Shown one piece after another: positions 12,978 to 27,156 of a stretch of DNA of 64,000 nt. The notes beneath the pieces are model-generated. The model did no database searches and had not been told where the DNA came from. It worked only from the letters and a program-made list of their open reading frames with translations. Every line of letters starts with the position of its first letter. Position 1 is the stretch's first letter. Origin of the DNA: Octopus vulgaris (lineage: Eukaryota); assembly GCA_951406725.2 (NCBI GenBank), contig OX597837.1, positions 42,718,001 through 42,782,000 of the forward strand. The letters run 5' to 3'. Made by a program: the position numbers and the translations under genes.

Positions 12978-13673
12978 GTCAAAGTAACCGACAGAATAAG
13001 AACCAGGTGTAAGCCCATAAAAAAATTCAGTTTTGGGGTCGATTCATTCGACAAAAAAATTCAAGGCCGTAGCCCAGCATGGCCGCAATTTAATCACGAA
13101 AACCAGTAAAAGATAAGATATACATACGTGCAGATACACGGATACATTCCACATAGAAAACTTTCTTTTTTTTTTTCGTACCCCACGTGCAGAGCAAAGA
13201 AAAAATTGATATCGCCTGAATGAAAGAGAAAGAAACGTGGAAGAGAGACGGAGTCGGGGAAATCAAATAGGCATGTCGGTAAGTAGGTCTGTATTATCGC
13301 TACAGGATAAATAAATACTCGTTCCGCTTGTGTGTAAAATGTTATCTAAAGACGACGTCGACTGCTTCGGAGATAGTAATGAACACAAAGTGGTGAGGTA
13401 CACACGATAGAGGTATTAGATGGCGGAGCATAGTAACGGGGTGGGAGTCAGTAGACGAGAGAAGGGAGGAAGGATGGAAGGAAGAAAAGAGGGAGGGATG
13501 TGCAGTTATTTTAATTCCTTTGGGTGAGTTGTATGGGGTATATTAGTAGAAATTTATCGTAAGTGATAGAGAGGGTGGGGTGGAAATTGGAGGGTGCAGA
13601 AGAGAGAGGATCAGAGAGACAATACACTGATTAAGAGGGAAGTAGAGTAGGTGGGAGAGGAGAGAAAAAGATA

Positions 13674-13908
13674 CCTATTTCTTTACTACCCACAAGGGGC
13701 TAAACACAGAGAGGACAAACAAGGACAGACAAACGGATAAAGTCGATTACATCGACCCCAGTGCGTAACTGGTACTTATTTAATCGACCCCGAAAGGATG
13801 AAAGGCAGAGTCGACCTCGGTGGAATTTGAACTCAGAACGTAACGGCAGACGAAACACGGCTACGCATTTCGCCCGGCGTGCTAACGATTCTGCCAGCTC
13901 GCCGCCTT
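13674..13908 (-). mobile_element. SINE family C, full length
   Basis: Near-identical to the other C copies. Confidence 0.92.
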
Positions 13909-14056
13909 AGGAGAGAAAGAGATACGGCGGTTAAAGTGTGAAATATAAAGACGTGAAGGACATAAATGTGAACAACAGAAACGTGAAGGAATGACGAAAA
14001 CGTGAAAGAGCGTGGGGGACAGTCACGAAAACGTGAAAGTGAGAAGTACAGAGTCC

Positions 14057-14263
14057 CTCTTTTACTTGTTTCAGTCATTTGACTGTGGCCATGCTGGAGC
14101 ACCGCCTTTAGTCGAGCAAATCGACCCCAGGACTTATTCTTTGTAAGCCTAATACTTATTCTATCGGTCTTTTGCCGAACCGATAAGTTACGGGGACGTA
14201 AACACACCAGCATCGGTTGTCAAGCGATGTTGGGGGGACAAACACAGACACATAAACGCTCAC

Positions 14264-14330
<67 letters not shown>

Positions 14331-14427
14331 TACGACGGGCTTCTTTCAGTTTCCGTGTACCAAATCCACTCATAAGGTTTTGGTCGGCCCGAGGCTATAG
14401 TAGAAGACACTTGGCCAAAGTGCCACG
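14057..14427 (-). mobile_element. SINE family A, 5'-truncated
   Basis: Reverse complement of the family A body and tail. Confidence 0.9.
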
Positions 14428-14766
14428 TATACTGGAAGAATGTGTTTATAAAACATTTTTTTCTCTTGGCTTTATTGAGAAAATTCTATAGTTTGTAAGA
14501 TATTTGTTGTTTTTTTCTTCAATTTCTGCAATTTCAACCAGTCAATGACGTCTATTGAGGTGAAAACATTCTGTGCCGTATGAATATGTCCCTCGTTTAA
14601 GAAACAGATTGGGTTTATTTATATTTGTGAAGAAAAAAATACCCTACCCCCACCCCTAACCTTAAAAGAGATTGAAATGCAATAGATCGATTCTGGGGTC
14701 ATAATTATGGGTGACAACTTCATATGACACCGCTAGAAAAAACTACCGTTCAAACCGAAAAGATCC
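14428..14766. mobile_element. Merlin-like MITE, left end missing
   Basis: Homologous to 7605-7947; ends ...ccgaaaagatcc. Confidence 0.85.
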
Positions 14767-14960
14767 GGGCTTTGAAAAAACATATTGAGAATATTGGAGC
14801 TGCTGTTAGGCCGAGGTGATCCAGAAGACAGCTTTATTGGGTACAGCTCGCATTCCAAAGAGAGTAAGTTTCTCTTTGAGTCACAGGAGAAGGCACTACT
14901 TGAAACCTTTGGTGATTTGTTATTGCCTGCTTTCAAGTAAAGAATAACCGGTAACTAAGA
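14767..14960 (+). pseudogene. R4/Dong-type retrotransposon 3' end
   Basis: LKKHIENIGAAVRP/IQKTALLGTARIPKRV (14819-14866), matching the R4-clade C-terminal QKTALLGTARILR motif. Confidence 0.7.
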
Positions 14961-14964
14961 ACTA

Positions 14965-15195
14965 GGCAAACTGGCAGAAACGTTAGCACGTCGGGCGAAA
15001 AGCTTAGCGGTATTTCGTCTGCTGTTACATTCTGAGTTCAAATTCCGCCGAGGTCGACTTTGCCTTTCATCCTTTCGGGGTCGATTAAATAAGTACCAGT
15101 TACGCACTGGCGTCGATATAATCGACTTAATCCGTTTGTCTGTCTTTGTTTCTCCTCTCTGTGTTTGGCCCCTTGTGGGTAGTAAAGAAAAAGGT
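14965..15195 (+). mobile_element. SINE family C
   Basis: Family motifs. Confidence 0.9.
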
Positions 15196-15577
15196 AATTA
15201 AGAACTATCCGAGAGTCTTTCAGAATAATAACAATAATAATTTGTGGACCCTCAAGCATATTTGGTGGACCCTGGCACATATCACAAACGAAGCTTGTTG
15301 AAAAAAAAGAATCTGATGTATTAAGTATGTATGCGAGTGCATCCATCAACATTTTTTTTTCCACATTAAATTCCGGTATAATCGTAATCTACATCATCAG
15401 AATGGTATTTGTTGAAAATTTCGTTAAAAAAAACCCACCTATTCTTCTCAAAGATCAGAGGAAACAAAGTCGACAATTGTGAACTATCTCAAACTATTCA
15501 ACTCACCCACGCCTAATCCGAAAAATATTTTATAACAAATTCCGATTTAATCGGAATATATAAAACAAATACATAAA

Positions 15578-15620
<43 letters not shown>

Positions 15621-16131
15621 AGGTTATATGGCAATAAAGGGGATTTGTATGAATTATCTGAAATTCTTCGCCCTCATACCTTCCAAAACAAAGAATTTTC
15701 ACAACAAATTCCGATATAACTGGAATGTACACTATCTCAAAGGTATTTGATGAAATTTTCATTAAAAAAAAAAAGTATTATTTTTCTGAAAGTTATGAGG
15801 AAACAAAGACGGCGGGGAAGGGATACACTCGTGCAAGTGTGCTGGAGTGTCGTGGGTCAGGAAACAAGGAGTAAACAATCGAAAGAAAGAATACTGAGAA
15901 AATTCGTCGAGAAACAAAAGGTGGGGAGGATATGTAGTTGACAGGAGAACCCTTGTAGGGGTCAGTGTTAAAATAATGAGAAATAAGGAGTTGACAGAAG
16001 TGGACATTACACTGTCGGAAGGGCAGGGGATTAGTATTGTCATATCTGAACAGTCCAAAATTCAGGACAAAGTTACTGACATTCACCATGACTCTCCATG
16101 GCCCTCAAACAACACACGCATTGGGCCTTTC

Positions 16132-16204
<73 letters not shown>

Positions 16205-16205
<1 letters not shown>

Positions 16206-16553
16206 TAGCAGTATCGCCCGGCGTTGCTCGGGTTTGTAAGGGAAATAACTATATAAGCATTTTTAGAGATGTAAAGTATAATAGCCATCTCAATATGGCT
16301 AACCACAAAGGGGGGGGTGTTACTGTAGCTTTTTACGTTCTGAGATTTAATAATACATTTTTAGAGAATTACTTCCCTTATATAATAGCAAAAAAATGCA
16401 TTAAAAATGGGAAAAAATGATGGTAATTTTTTTTTTAAATCGTAGACTCATCGTAGATGCGCGCTAATACCCAGAAGGGCTTGATATGAATCACGACTAT
16501 AAGATACCCGGTTTTGGTTAAACTGCACCGCAAAATGTGGGAGTAGTTAGGAA
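16205..16553 (-). mobile_element. Non-autonomous Helitron-like element inside (AT)n
   Basis: Minus-strand 3' end: hairpin cccgagc-aac-gccggg, a short spacer, then CTAG|T; a similar end lies at 24143-24171 (+). Confidence 0.7.
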
Positions 16554-16585
16554 TCATATATATATATACACACACTTATATACAC

Positions 16586-16799
16586 CAGGGCTGTGGAGTT
16601 GAAACAAAAAAACTTCGACTCCGAGTCCTCTTTATGTAATTAAATGATTGTGGTCAACACATCTCATAAAGCATATGCATACGCTTGTACTCTGAGTAGG
16701 CCTTTATGTTATAAATTGGTTTATATTAAAGAATAAAGACATTGTGAGTGACTCCGACTCCAGCTATCCCTTGTTTCCGACTTCGACTCCACAACCCTG
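16586..16799. mobile_element. hAT-type MITE with (GACTCC)n subterminal repeats
   Basis: TIR cagggctgtggagt / actccacaaccctg; 8-bp TSD atatacac / acatacac. Confidence 0.85.
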
Positions 16800-16835
<36 letters not shown>

Positions 16836-16999
16836 TGTCACTGGTATATAAATTTCACAACTCCTGAATCCCTAACTAGTTTGGTAAGTGCTAACGTACG
16901 AAACTCTCGGCCCTTGAGTCACTGTTTCCTGCAAAATATTCTTAAAATACATGGGTTCTATTTCCCCTCTTTGCATCATCATACATACATACATACATA

Positions 17000-17898
17000 A
17001 TCTTTTCTTTTCAGCCATTAGATTGCGGCCATGCTGGGGCACCGCCCTGAAATGTTCTAGTCGAATGAATCGACTCAGGTGCATATTTCACTAAAGCCTG
17101 GTTTTATTCCATCGGTGTCTTTTGCCGAACCGCCAGACTATAGGTACATAAACAAACCAACGCTGATTGTCAAGTGATGGAGGACACACGTATGACGAAC
17201 TTTCAATTTCTGTATATAGTAAAAAAAACACTCGACCAAGGTGACACGCAGTGGGATGGAACCCGGAATCATGTGGTTGGGAAGCAAGTTTCTAACCACA
17301 AAGCCACTCTTTTACTTGTTTCAGTCATTTGACTGCGGCCATGCTGGAGCACCGCCTTTTTAGTCTAGAAAATCCACCCCAGGACTTATTCTTTTATAAG
17401 CCTAGTACGTATTCTATCGGTCTCTTTTGCCGAACTGCTATGTAACGGGGACGTAAACACACCAGCATCGGTTGTCAAGCAATGCTAGGGGGACAAACAC
17501 AGACACACAAACACATACATATATATACATATATATGACGAGCTTCTTTCAGTTTCCGTCTACCAAATCCACTCACAAGGCTTTGGTCGGCCCGAGGTTA
17601 TAGTAGAAGACACTTGCCCAAGGTGCCACGCAGTGGGACTGAACCCGAAACCATGTGGTTGGCAAGCAAGCTACTTACCACACAGCCACTCCTGCGCCTA
17701 TACATTTTTTTTTTTTACTTTTTATTTTTTATTCTTTATTTTATTTGTTTCAGTCAGTTGGCTGCGGCCTTGCTGGGACAACCCCTTGAAGGGTTTTTAG
17801 TCGAACAAATCAACCCTACGACTTAGTATTTTTTAAAGCCTAGTAGTTAATCTATCCGCTAAATTACCCACCAAACCGGTTTGGGGGTGAAAACAAAT

Positions 17899-17954
<56 letters not shown>

Positions 17955-18121
17955 GCGGGCGCGACAGACTTTCAGTTTCCGTCTACCAAATCCACTCACA
18001 AAGGCTTAGGTCGGCCCGAGGCTATAGAAGACACTTTGCACAAGGCGCCACACCGTGTGACTGAACCCGGAACCATGTGTTTAGGAAGTAAGCTCAATAC
18101 CGCACAACTACGCATGCGCCT
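17000..18121 (-). mobile_element. Three head-to-tail family A SINEs (middle copy 17307-17699 full length)
   Basis: Three successive tail-to-head family A motif sets of differing divergence. Confidence 0.88.
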
Positions 18122-18324
18122 GTATAATACATATAAACACATAATTACGGAAGCTGAAATCCGGACTTTTGGAGAATTTTGAACACACTTCCCGGACGGA
18201 AATTCTGTTAGCTAAATCCAGGATATGTCCTGGAAAATACGGATATAAGGCAACCCTAGGGGAGATATATAAAGAGTTCGCTGGGGAGGTCGAGACTGAA
18301 TTTGAAAAAAATGAAGGGGGTTAT

Positions 18325-18628
18325 GGTACTACTAGCGAACAGTGGTCCCGGTGCGCGCATCTGCGCTTGCTAGTCGTGACTAGTCGATCCTACAACGACT
18401 ACCTAGCAAAGTAAATAAAACACAAAATAGATAATTTTTTTTTTTTTTGCATAAAGTAAATAATTTTTGTTAAACAAACTAAGCAAATAAAACACAAAAA
18501 CACAAAGTAAATAATTTTCTAAACAAAGTAAAATAACAACAAACGCAAAGTAAAAGATCGACTAGTCATGACTAGCTGGCGCAGATACGCGAGAGCGCGC
18601 ATCGGGACCACTGTTCTCAAGTAGTACA
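18325..18628. mobile_element. MITE with ~65-bp TIRs (GGTACTACT...)
   Basis: Inverted arms; flanks gggggttat / gggggatat (9 bp, 1 mismatch); internal aaagtaaataa repeats. Confidence 0.85.
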
Positions 18629-18684
18629 GGGGGATATATCAAAACAAATGAGTCATTAGAGGAGACTGAGATTATAGAGTAAGA

Positions 18685-19112
18685 GGCAATCTTTCGTCTC
18701 TAGTAGACCTTTCCGTCGATTTCCGTAAAAAAATTTTTTTTTTTTTACATATGGGCTTGCGGGAACCTTTTGAAGTAATGAGAGCGAAAGAGACTAAGAT
18801 GAAAGCGATTGTATGGCGAGGGAAGTTCTTTTGAAGTTACCGTGCATGTGGAGCATTGATGTACATGTGTGTGTGTGTGTGTTTGATGGGGTGTGGGAGA
18901 CAGACAGTATGTTGTGTAAGTGAAGTGCTTCTCTTAGTGTGTGTGAAGAGACAGAGTAATGTGTGAAAGAAAGAGATAACTGAAATTTTTTACTCGGTGT
19001 ATGTGTATATGTATGTATATTACTTCAAAAGTTCCCGCAAGCCCATATGTAAAGAAAAAAAAAATTTTTTACGGAAATCGACGGAAAGGTCTACTAGAGA
19101 CGAAAGATCGCC
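18685..19112. mobile_element. MITE with ~95-bp TIRs (GGC.../...GCC)
   Basis: Near-perfect inverted arms 18685-18779 vs 19019-19112; no clear TSD. Confidence 0.85.
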
Positions 19113-19708
19113 GATAATTTTGAAAATAAAAGCAAATTTCATTAAATTAGCAGAGAGAAATGAGAAGAGAAGAGAAAGAGAAAATTGGTTTTGTAAATGC
19201 TAGGTGTGAGAATAAAAACAAGACGTGAGTAATCGATAGGGAGATAGAACAGTCAAAAGTAGTCGAGAAGGTGAGAAGATAATGTAAACATAAGACAGAG
19301 TGGAGGAAAGAGAGAGAGAGAGAGAGGTAGTCGAGAAATAAGATCTTGTTGTCAGTTTCTCTCTCTTGTGTTTACAACAGGAGGCAAGACGTAAGCAGTC
19401 GAGAACAATGTAAACACGAGAGAGAGGGGAAAGATAGCCCAGTCATAGACAGTCGATAATAAGCGCTGATTAATTAATGAAAAATGATCCAACAGCAACA
19501 ACAGCAACAACAATAGTAGTAGGAATTTGAGGAGGACGGACGGCGATATAAAGACGATAAGAAAAAAAAGTGAGGGAAAAAGCTTAGCAAGTGGTGTACA
19601 GAGTATATAAGGTCATACTTTCACTATGACAGCAATCACGATCAATGATATATGGTGTTGTTGCTGCTGCTGTTGTTTTAGCCCTAGGTCGAAGCAGACA
19701 GGACTACG

Positions 19709-19999
19709 ATGGCATCGATGCCGTCTCACAAAGCATGGGTAGCATGGGGTACATACCCGGAAGCCTTACGAGTCCTAGGGGCCCAGTTCTGATTTAGGTA
19801 TGCTGTGGGTTACTAATATCAAGGGCATTCCAGTCGTAGCCGTCTCGCCTTTACGTATGGCATCGATGCCGTCTCACAAAGCATGGGCGCATACCCGGAA
19901 GCCTTACGAGTCCTAGGGGCCCAGTTCTGATATGAGTATGCTGTGGGTTACTAATCTAATATCAAGGGCATTCTAGCCGTAGCCGTCTCGCCTTTACGT
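19709..19999. repeat. Tandem duplication, ~148-bp unit x2
   Basis: atggcatcgatgcc...cctttacgt at 19709-19856 and 19857-19999. Confidence 0.92.
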
Positions 20000-20456
20000 A
20001 TTTTCATCTTTCTGTATACCAGGAACTACATACATATCCTAATGTATATGCTTTATTTTTAAGATGGTATGGTGGGATTTGACTGCTATTCCTAGCAGGT
20101 TGGGAGACAACGTAAACGGTCCCGACGCATGTATGTGTATGTATGTATATGTGTGTGTGTGTGTGTGTTATTCTAAGGGTTGACAAGTTTGAACAAAGTG
20201 GTCCCGCGTGTATATATTATTTCTTAGTCAGACACGAAATAGCGCGAACGAACAAACATATATAAGAAAGGTAATGGCTTATATGAGACCAAGCGAGATG
20301 TTTTTGTTTTGCGTCCACGTGCTTTCGGGTTCGATGCCACTGCTCGGCACCACGAGGAAATGATTTAACTTCTCATTTTCTAACCTATAACCTTGGGTTA
20401 AGAGTAGAACCAAGTGGACGGAAAACAAAAGAGACACAAGTCCTATGTGCATGATA

Positions 20457-20458
20457 TA

Positions 20459-20536
<78 letters not shown>

Positions 20537-20749
20537 CATACATATATATATATATATATATACATACATATATATATACATACATATATAGTATACATAC
20601 TATAAAGGCTTTTAAAAAACCCCAATTATTTATATATATATATACATACAGTATATATTTGTATATATATATACGTATGCGTCAAGCAACCTGTTTGCCT
20701 CCTTTTCTTATATACATACATATATATATACATACATATATATATATAT

Positions 20750-20780
<31 letters not shown>

Positions 20781-20980
20781 CATACATACATATATATATA
20801 CATATATATATACATATATATATACATACATATATATATACATAATATATATATACATACATATATATATACATACATATATATATACATACATATATAT
20901 ATATATACATACATACATATATATACATACATACATATATATATATACATACATACATATATATATATATACATATATAT

Positions 20981-21037
<57 letters not shown>

Positions 21038-21062
21038 CATATATACATATATATACATATAT

Positions 21063-21099
<37 letters not shown>

Positions 21100-21100
21100 T
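20457..21100. repeat. Long compound (AT)/(ATAC) microsatellite
   Basis: Direct reading. Confidence 0.95.
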
Positions 21101-21300
21101 ATCGAATGTCTTCTATTTGGGGATCACATACCCAACACATCATTCCACTTCTCAGACAGTAAGGTACAATTTTGGGGGAAATTTTGGGGGAATTTTACTA
21201 CCATTTCTAACAGAACTAGCAACTACGCAAAGGCCTTCCCCCTTGTTCACTCGTAAAGAAGACCTTTAAGAGCATGGCGTTACTTCCTATACATATACAT

Positions 21301-21370
<70 letters not shown>

Positions 21371-21754
21371 AATGGTTTATTTTGACAACCTTGTGTGGAA
21401 TGGATATCTCTTGTGCAGTAAAATTAAGTTTTACTTAACAGACAAAGAATATATGACAATATCTTTCGGTCTATTGACATTGCCTACCTGTCTATCTTCC
21501 ATGTGTGTATATGTAGTGTGTAGTGTATGTATATAACAGATACAGATATTTGTTTATCAGTTATATACTATATTATATATGTATTGTCTGTGTGTTTTAT
21601 ATATGCGTTATGTGTGTATTGTGTAGATGCGTATTTAAGTAGCACTCGACGCATTTCCTCAAAACGCCTGACGGGATTGAAAGCGTCCACGAAACTTTGA
21701 GTAATGTGTTGGTGAGTAAAACTGTTTGTGTATACACACATACATATCTACCTA

Positions 21755-22180
21755 TCTATCTATCTATCTATCCGGTGTGTATATGCATATATAAATAAAT
21801 GCATTGTATGTCTCTGTGTGAGTATATATGTATATATATATATACACACTCACACAGAGACATACAATGCATTTATTTATATATGCATATACACACACAT
21901 ATATATATGTGAATGTATATATATACACTCACACAGTGACATACAATGCATTTATTTATATATGCACACACACACACATATATATATATATATGAGTGTA
22001 TATATATATACACTCACAGTGACATACAATGCATTTATTTATATATGCATATACACACACAAATATATATATATATGAGTGTATATATATATATATATAT
22101 ATATGTACACTCACACAGTGACATACAATGCATTTATTTATATATGCATATACACACCGGATAGATAGCTAGATAGATAT
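21755..22180. repeat. Fold-back inverted duplication with four tandem copies of the right arm
   Basis: Left arm 21755-21823 recurs inverted at ~21847, ~21926, ~22011 and ~22108-22180. Confidence 0.85.
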
Positions 22181-23614
22181 GTATATATATATATATATAG
22201 GGTGCATGTCATTGTGCTTACTTGCATGCATACTCATTCAACTTTTTTGTAATGAATGTTCCTGGTATCACTGGAGAAGGACGAAATTTTGTTCCTTAAT
22301 TGAAAAGATCCTAATATTTATTTAACCATCGACTCCAGTCGAGTTTTTACAGCAAATCAAAAGGAGTCCATTTCGATCCCTGTCTGCAACGAAATCAGTC
22401 CCACAACATCAACAACCAACAAACGAATTCTATCTACAACAGCATGAACGCCACACAATCGCATTTTAACCAGTGAAATATAACACATAACATCTGGCTC
22501 TTTGTTAGTTCCCATTTATATATACAACAAATATTTTTAGTAGTAAACAGCAGACGGTAATTTCGAATCGATTTCCGAATATGCGATATTTGTGTATTCT
22601 TTAGACGGAAAACAATGTTTTAAATGAAATTTCCGAAAAAATATTTCACTGAAAAATATTCTACGATGATTATTTATTCGGATTATCACGAAACCAAAAT
22701 AGATATAAGCATATAAATATTTATTATTGGCGTTTTAAAAATATCGTTTGCTGCCCAGCTTCACCGGTTTTTCGAGAGACACCCACAAATAATTGTGTTT
22801 ATATTGCGAATTATAAAGATGGCAGAGAAAGATAATGGATGAAAATTATAGGATATTGTCTATGTTTTCTGGGGAGCATGGGAGGTGGGCACGAGGGGAA
22901 GGTCTTACCTTTCATTTAAGCAATCCTCCTCAGATATATAAAGACTTTTCTACTTTCCATACAAACTCATTCATCCACCATTTGAAAACTGCCTGTCAAA
23001 ATAGTAACTGTTGTTAGGCGGCAGTAAATTACGTTGCCGACCACTGACACACCGCAGGGAACTTCGAACGAACAACACTTCGGGTTAAACATCGCAAAAA
23101 TATATTTCAGAAAATAAATAAATAGAAACACACTCATAGCTATTCGTATTTAATCTCACAGCGAAAACAAATATAAAAAAAACTAGTTAATAACAAGGCC
23201 CACAAGAATCACTTTCACTGCTTGGCATCGGGATCGAACCGATTGGTTTCATCGCGTTTTAATATTTTGTCCGAGATTCAATCGCTTGTCTTTGATGCAC
23301 GCTTCTTATTCATATATAACTTGTCTAAACAGAAAATTATTTACACAATGGTAAAAGGTTGACAGCTGGACTTTCGCTATTACAGTGCTGCTATAGCGTG
23401 AATTGTCAATAAATACACGAATGTACGCACTCATTCGAATCTGTGTATTTATTTATTTTGTCTTAACCCATGTTGTATCGGTACTGTAGCAGTTCTTATT
23501 TAAATGTTTGTAAGATTTGTCTGTCTGTCTATCTATTTATATTTGTATGTATGTCTTTATGATATTCGTGTGTGTATGTTGGGTTTCTATTTGTGTGTGT
23601 GTATATATATATAT

Positions 23615-23822
23615 AAAGTTAATCCAAACAAGAAAACACAAAAAACAAAAAAAAAAAAACACAACAACGCGAGGACGTGGAACAGATAAAGTATTATTGG
23701 ACGCTCAGGAAAGAAGGGAAGAAGGAGGGTTTAACGTTTCGAGCGGAGCTCTTCGTCGGAAACATAGGAGAAGGAAAGATCCCGAGAAGGGAAGACAGAG
23801 GAAAAAAAATCGCCAGCGGTAC
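23615..23822 (-). mobile_element. (AT)n-embedded short element with variant hammerhead (23729-23763)
   Basis: Minus: gttt CCGACGA a gagc tcc gctc GAAA cg TT aaac; second copy at 45261-45447 (+). Confidence 0.7.
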
Positions 23823-24166
23823 TGTATATATATATATTTATAACATAGAGATATATAACAATTTAATAAATAAAACATATGCATACATACATATATGTAC
23901 ATACCTACATCTATATGTATATATACATGTATATATGAGTACAGGACACCACAAATAAACGTAGAACACAACGAGAAACGAAAACATAAAACCAAACAAG
24001 GAAGCGGACATTTTTTAACAACAAAAAAGAGAACAGAGTACAAGACAAACAACACAAGGAACATTCCCCTTCTTCAGCTATGTATGTATATATATATATA
24101 CATAAAGGAACAAGTAATACAATGTAGCAGTAGGTCATAACACCCGGGCAACGCCGAGATGCATTG

Positions 24167-24197
<31 letters not shown>

Positions 24198-24474
24198 ACA
24201 TGTATGTGTGTATATATATGTGTGTGTGTGTAATATGTGTATATGCAATATACAATATACAATAAAAAAAAACAAAAAACAAAATTCAAATTACATGAAC
24301 ATATATAAACAGAAGATACAAATATTAGAGGCACCCCCCCCCCCCACATACACACACTAAATAAACATAGACGCACATAGAGATATAAGCATGCGCAAAT
24401 GAAGACATACAATAGAAATACAAAATGGCTGACGGTTAGTAAGGAGAGACACAAATAAGAAAGAAGAAAACAAA

Positions 24475-24519
24475 GGACCACTGATGCGGTCACAGGAGTG
24501 TGACGAAAGAACTCTGGCC
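24475..24519 (+). ncRNA. Hammerhead motif, A9C variant, in repeat 24420-24690
   Basis: ggacca CTGATGC g gtcaca ggag tgtgac GAAA gaac TC tggcc; paralog of 41183-41227. Confidence 0.6.
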
Positions 24520-24690
24520 GAAATAAGATTAAGATTAATGTAAAAAATAAATAACACTGAAGCAAAATAACACCAAATATATAGTGCGTGTGTTTTTATT
24601 GGCTAAACTAGCAACATGACCATTCCGAAATATAACAATATCTGTTTCAACACACGACTTCACATAAAAATCTTGTACAACAAATATTTA

Positions 24691-24749
<59 letters not shown>

Positions 24750-24881
24750 CAAAACATTCAAACACTGAGATTTGAAATCAGATGTCACTACTGTTCATAT
24801 CATCTGTGGATAAATGTTAAAATTGACGAATATCACCAGCAGTGACATAGGTGGATCGCAGGCGCAATAGCATTAAATAGC

Positions 24882-24931
24882 TGGTTCGATCTGGTTATAT
24901 ATATATATATATATATAACCAGATCGAACCA
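24882..24931. repeat. Perfect 50-bp palindrome centred on (AT)10
   Basis: tggttcgatctggtt (at)10 aaccagatcgaacca. Confidence 0.95.
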
Positions 24932-25106
24932 TCTCAAGTGTAACTGTCCGAAATGGTCGTGAATTCTAGGACTTGACTGATGAAAGAAAGCCAAAAATGG
25001 CCCGTCTTGTTTTGCCTGTCTTTTTAATTGTTGTTTCTCTTGTACGCCTTTGTATCGTCTATCTGTCCGAACGTTTTAATACCGTCTGTTGCATTTTTGT
25101 TCCATT

Positions 25107-25151
<45 letters not shown>

Positions 25152-25344
25152 TGCATATACACATACACATATGTACATACCTACATATATATGTATATAT
25201 ACATGCATTTATAGGTACAGGACATCAGAAAAACGTTGAGCACAATGACAAACGAAAACATAAAAACAAAAACATGGAAACGAACTTTTTTCAAACAGCG
25301 AAAAAAAAAAACCCAGAGCAACAGGACATACAACACAAGGAATA

Positions 25345-25560
25345 TTCCTCTTCTTCAAAGAAAGAGGTTATGTTTTTTTGGCGTTGGTTTGTCCGTCTGT
25401 CCGTCTGTATGCAAAATAACTCAGAGTTGAAAACGGTATTTGATGAAACTTGCAGGAAAAGTTGGTAATGACACAAGGAACAGATTATGAAATTTTGGTA
25501 GTGATCCGAGAATTTCTATGGATTCTTGAAGGATTTTTCATTTGTTATATTTACTTTACA
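25345..25560 (+). mobile_element. Crypton/Helentron-associated type non-autonomous element
   Basis: gaggttatgttttt...gtttgtccgtctgtccgtctgt...gatgaaactt...aaattttggtagtgatccg architecture. Confidence 0.5.
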
Positions 25561-26364
25561 TGAAGTATTACAATGTTACATTTTGGGGTGCGCCGTATAA
25601 GTCTATATAAAGTGGGAGAGCAAACCCAAGGCTGCTCTGAGCGGCACACACTAGCTACGATAATATCTCTCACCGATTAGAAACACCTTTCTAGGAAACA
25701 CTCAACGTCTTGCACGCAACAAAAACTCATATCTTACACTCCTTTCTTTGTCTTTATTTGCCATGCTTACAGGTGTCAGCGATCGTGCAAAGTCAGAAGA
25801 TCCATGAATTTTCTTGAAACAGATACAGCAATGGTTTCCTGCTGTCTCCAGCCGATTTATGTTCAATTTAATATGGTGGTTAACCATATATTCTTCTTAT
25901 GCTGAGTACAAATTAAGAAGGTTGCGTGCGTAAGCAATGACAACTCTAGAGTTTGAGGTTCCAAATATTTTAATAACGTGGATCGTTATATTACAAATAC
26001 ACAAATTAATGAATCAATATTTAGTCTATAGAATCTTCCGCGTGTTACTCCAGCATGCAGTCTACTGCAGTATCTGTAGTCCACAATGTGAAATGACCTG
26101 ATTTGGATTAGGAGTGGGTTTAGGGTTAGAGTGCACGCTAATGTGTAAATGGCCAGGTAGGCCGCACGCTAAATTGTCCCTGTCTTCTGTATATAATTTG
26201 CTGGGTAATATAACCAAGAAACTGTAAGGAAATTAATCACTGAACGTAATTAATACGTGTTACTGCACAAGTAAAAGTTAATGCCTTCCGTCTACGACTA
26301 CGACATAAACATGTTACTTAAAGGTGTAAGAAAGTGTGTGTGTGTGGGGAGGGGGGGGGTATCT

Positions 26365-26776
26365 TATCTTTTATTTTTTATTTGTTTCAGTCATTAAACT
26401 GCGGTCATGCTGGGGCACCGTCTTGAAGAACTTTTAGTCGAACGAATCGATCTCAGTCCTATATTTTAGGCCTGGTATTTATTTTAATCGGTCTCTTTTG
26501 GCGAACTGCTGATTCACAGGGACGTAAACACACCAACACCAGTTTGTCAAGTGATGGTGGGGGGGACAAACAAAGACACACAGACACACAGAGACAGACA
26601 GACAAACACACACGCGCGCGCGCAAACAATGAGCTTCTTTCATTTTGCGTCTACCAAATCCACTCACAAGGCTTTGGTGGGCCCGAGGTTATTGCTGAAG
26701 GTACAATCCCAAGGTGACTCACAGTGGGACTGAACTCAGAACCATGTGATCGGGAAGCAATTCTCTTACCACACAG

Positions 26777-26779
<3 letters not shown>
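26365..26779 (-). mobile_element. SINE family A, diverged
   Basis: Family motifs. Confidence 0.85.
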
Positions 26780-26818
<39 letters not shown>

Positions 26819-27069
26819 TGTGTGTGTGTGTCCAAATACACTCACACATTTATATCCATACAAGAATAATTTGACATGTATACACATATATGTTTATGCA
26901 AGTATATACTTATATGTCAAGGCATGGTTGTTCATAAATCTGTAGGTGTGTGTATTTATATTATATTTATTTAAATTCTTCCTTTGAAGAAAGAACTGGT
27001 TTCTTACAAAGAAAATGTTTTATTTCTGGAATTTTTAAATAACAATGGTGTGAGTACATACGGACTTAG

Positions 27070-27125
27070 GCTGTCTGTCTGTCTGTCTGTATGTATGTAT
27101 GTACGTACGTACGTACGTATGTATG

Positions 27126-27156
<31 letters not shown>

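Noticed and set aside
21665-21705. Hammerhead-like ctgacgg...gaaac
   Set aside because: Core and helix I are not satisfied; at best a decayed relic
22210-22330. Possible Penelope RT remnant (DLFN*GTKFRPS, minus)
   Set aside because: Too short and broken to support without a profile search
24060-24080. CUGAAGA on minus (also CUGAUGA at ~24977, ~35238, ~45622 and CUGAGGA at ~22927)
   Set aside because: No matching GAAA/UH half or no convincing helix II, so these were not counted
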